64,000 nucleotides of DNA. It comes from Chrysomallon squamiferum (taxonomy: Eukaryota; Animalia; Mollusca). This document shows, piece after piece, positions 60,911-64,000 of this stretch; within the stretch, counting starts at the first letter, position 1; every line of letters begins with the position of its first letter. The position numbers and the translations under genes are program-made. The notes under the pieces are model-generated. The model was not told the DNA's origin. It saw nothing but the letters and a program-made list of their open reading frames with translations, and did not search any database. The stretch spans positions 6,634,001-6,698,000 of the forward strand of contig CM022675.1 in NCBI GenBank assembly GCA_012295275.1, in the 5' to 3' direction.

Positions 60911-63270
60911 TGAGAAAGAAGAAGAAGACAGAATTCTAGTAATCAAATTATATCCAATCTTTATAAATATTGATAAGACAAATTTCAAACGGAAGGTATT
61001 CTGCAGACATAATTATTTTATACCTATTTATTTTAAATGTGGAGAATATTTGTTTTATGTTACACATACCATCAACAGAACGGCAGATTTCTGTTGACAG
61101 AATAGTATATACAGAACACTGCAAAGTGGGGTTGGGATTACTAGTTGGAACTGGAAATGTTATATTTTTCATTACTCCAGAAATCAGAGAATTATTGAAA
61201 GATACATTATATAAGAAATATATATCTTACTCTTTATCATTGTTAAATAAATAATCAAACTAAAGCACAATCAGTGACAATGTATTTCTGACATTTTTCT
61301 GTATATTTTTTATTAGTGTATTAATTTTTTATTCTTTTTCTTTTTTTTCTTATATTTAATTTTCCGGTTTTTTATGATCTTTATAATTTACTTTTTTTCG
61401 TACGGACAAAGTTGAAAATAAAAATAAACAATGACTAGATTTTTGAAACGGAAAGAAAAAAGTGATGTGTGTTCCTGAAACAGAAGATGTAGTGTTTCGA
61501 TGCAATGACCTTACTTCGTGATAGAAATAATACGTATTTACAAGATTTCACAATAACATTTCAGTTATCTAGAGCCGACAAGAAAAACACACTACTATGT
61601 ATGGGAATGACAGCAACATTTTTGTGTCTGTTGCAAGCCAGAAGACTGTAATTGATTTCAAAACAACGCAATCTGCATACCATAATAATGAAAAATAAAT
61701 AATTATAAAGAAGATGATGATGATAAGAAATGATTTTTAAAAAAAAAACACTACAAAATTGTAGATTACCTACGATAGTACAACGAGAAAAAAAAGAAGT
61801 TAATTATTTGTTCTGGTAGAAGTAAAGACGTTACGTCTTTGTTCTCACAATGTCTGGCAATATAACAAAACTAAAATTCTACTCCTTGACCGATTTCATC
61901 ATTATAAGACACATTTTCAAAACTAAAAATTAAAATATGAAATATTATCTAAAGAAATATAATGCAGGATAATACAATACAATTTAATATAAATAATAAA
62001 ACAAAACCAAACACAATACAGTCTGTGATATACTAACAATTACAGATTTTGTTTGTTTATTAGAAGTGTAACAAACAAAATACAGAAATAATTTTTTATC
62101 ATGGTCTAGTCATTTTCAGAACAGGGCCAGATTATCCTACTTATACACATATACCATTATATCATTAAAATACTTTTAAAATATCTGAACAAAGTCTAGA
62201 ATATTTACATTTATGAACTATGCATGTAACAAGTATAATAATAATAATAATAATAATAATCATAATCATAATAAATAATAATATTAGTAATAATAGCAAC
62301 AACAACAACAATAATAATAAGATGAGAAAGAAGAAGACAGAATTCAGTAATAAAATCATATCTAATCTTTATAAATGTTAAATGATAAGACAAATTTTAA
62401 AATCGAAAAATCGAAGGTATTCTGCAGATACCGAAATACAAGATAATGGAGTATAAATTATACATATATATGTATATATATACCTATTGATTTTAAATGT
62501 GGAGAATATTCGTTTTATGTTACAGATACCATCAACAGAACGGCAGATTTCTGTTGACAGAAAAGTATATACAGAACACTGCAAAGCGGGGTTGGGATTA
62601 CTAGTTGGAACTGGAAATGTTATATTTTTAAGAAATTACTCCAGAAATCAAAGAATTAATTGAAACATATGTTATACAAGAAACAGATATTATGCTTTCT
62701 TGTTATTATTAAATAAATAATCAAACTAAAGCAGAATTAGTGACAATGTATTTCTGATGGGGTTTTTGTATATTTTTTATTAGTGTATTAATTGTTTTTT
62801 TGTTTTTGTTTTTTCCTTTAAATTTTATTTTCCGTTGATTTGTAATTTCCATATTTTTTTTTTCTTATGGACAACACTTGAAAATAAAAATAAACAATGA
62901 CAAGATTCTTGAAGCGAAAAAAAAAAATGTCACGTGTTTACTTGACATAGAAGATGTAGTGTTTCGATGCAGTGACATTACTTCGTAGTAGAAATGATAC
63001 GTGTTTACAAGATTTCACAATAACATTTCAGTTATCTACAGTTTAAGAGAAAAAAGAATCATTACAAACTTGAAGGAAGAAAACATTGGTGTGTCTATGG
63101 CAAGCAAGATGACTGTAATTGATTTCAAAACAGACCGATCTGCATAACCTACTAATGAGAAATAAATAATAAAAAAGATGATGATAATGATTATGATTAT
63201 GACAATAAAATGTAAAAAAAATAATATACATTACAAAATTGGATATTACCTATGATAGTAGAAATTAGTG
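57250..63270. repeat. ~1.4-kb tandem array: 4 full units plus a partial one (starts ~57250, 58621, 60038, 61463, 62929), with a further fragment near 63660
   Basis: Anchor ATTACCTA recurs at ~57545, 58932, 60348, 61770 and 63250 (periods 1387-1480 bp); the central units are the most similar. Confidence 0.96.
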
Positions 63271-64000
63271 AAAGAATTCTATTATTATTATTATTAATAA
63301 TACAAAAAGATTTTCTACTGCAAATTACATAGCTGTACTCCTTATGGACAAGCAAAAATAAATATAACAAAAAAAAAAAAAAAAACGTCATTAGATGCGT
63401 AAGCGTTTCTTAGCAACAGCCGGCTCCAAAACGTCAAAATTTGATCCGAAACAACAAAATGTCAAATAACTGAATCAGGTAGCCAAATTACAGTTAATGA
63501 TAAAGATATTTACTAAAAATCTGATTATGTTAAAAAATCAGTTTTTTTTTTATTTATTTATTTATTTATTACAGAGCTGTATTAAACCCGAAACATTCGT
63601 CAGAAATATTCAAACTCTGAAATACCAGAGAATGAAATATATGTTTTTGTTATATTTATTTTAAAAGTAGAGAATATTTCTTTATATTACAGATGCCATC
63701 AACAGAACGGAATGCAGTGAAAGAAATATAACGAATTATTACTGGTTCATAATTGTCTTCTATTTGTAGATTAATGGGCTTAACAATATTTTTTATAAAA
63801 TACACACCTAGCAGTAAACAATTTAAATAAACACCTTGCAGTAATTTACTGAAATATTTCTGTCTTATATTTTCTTCTGAAGGACGCACGATATGTATTA
63901 AATATTTATCTTGATTTTTATGTTTATTACAGTAATTTAAATAAACAATTAAACTGAAGAACAATAAATGAATATATTTTCTGTATTTTCTTTTTTCTTT

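Overview
This is AT-rich eukaryotic DNA, very likely from an invertebrate; the repeat spectrum resembles molluscan or cephalopod assemblies, which is an inference only. I found no intact protein-coding gene, rRNA, tRNA or CRISPR array, and nearly all listed ORFs are translated microsatellites. The window has two domains. Domain 1 (1 to ~44 kb) consists of short unique, CpG-containing islands separated by (GA)n, (TTA)n, (TAG)n and (ATAC)n tracts. It also holds minisatellites, two small dispersed repeat families, clustered CRE/DR1/RFX motifs and a 216-bp Tc1/mariner deletion derivative that keeps the transposase C-terminus. Domain 2 (~44 to 64 kb) has no long (GA)n/(AC)n/(ATAC)n tracts, is U-rich on the minus strand and ends at a canonical-looking minus-strand poly(A) site. 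It is built from one nested, repeatedly duplicated module family that culminates in a ~1.4-kb tandem array. On the minus strand each complete unit carries three Pumilio elements (UGUAHAUA) and a branch point/polypyrimidine/YAG|GTAAT junction, and most also keep a 9-bp hairpin. This is the best candidate for an undescribed system: an amplified 3' UTR or NORAD-like lncRNA. That function is a hypothesis, and all counts were made by eye.
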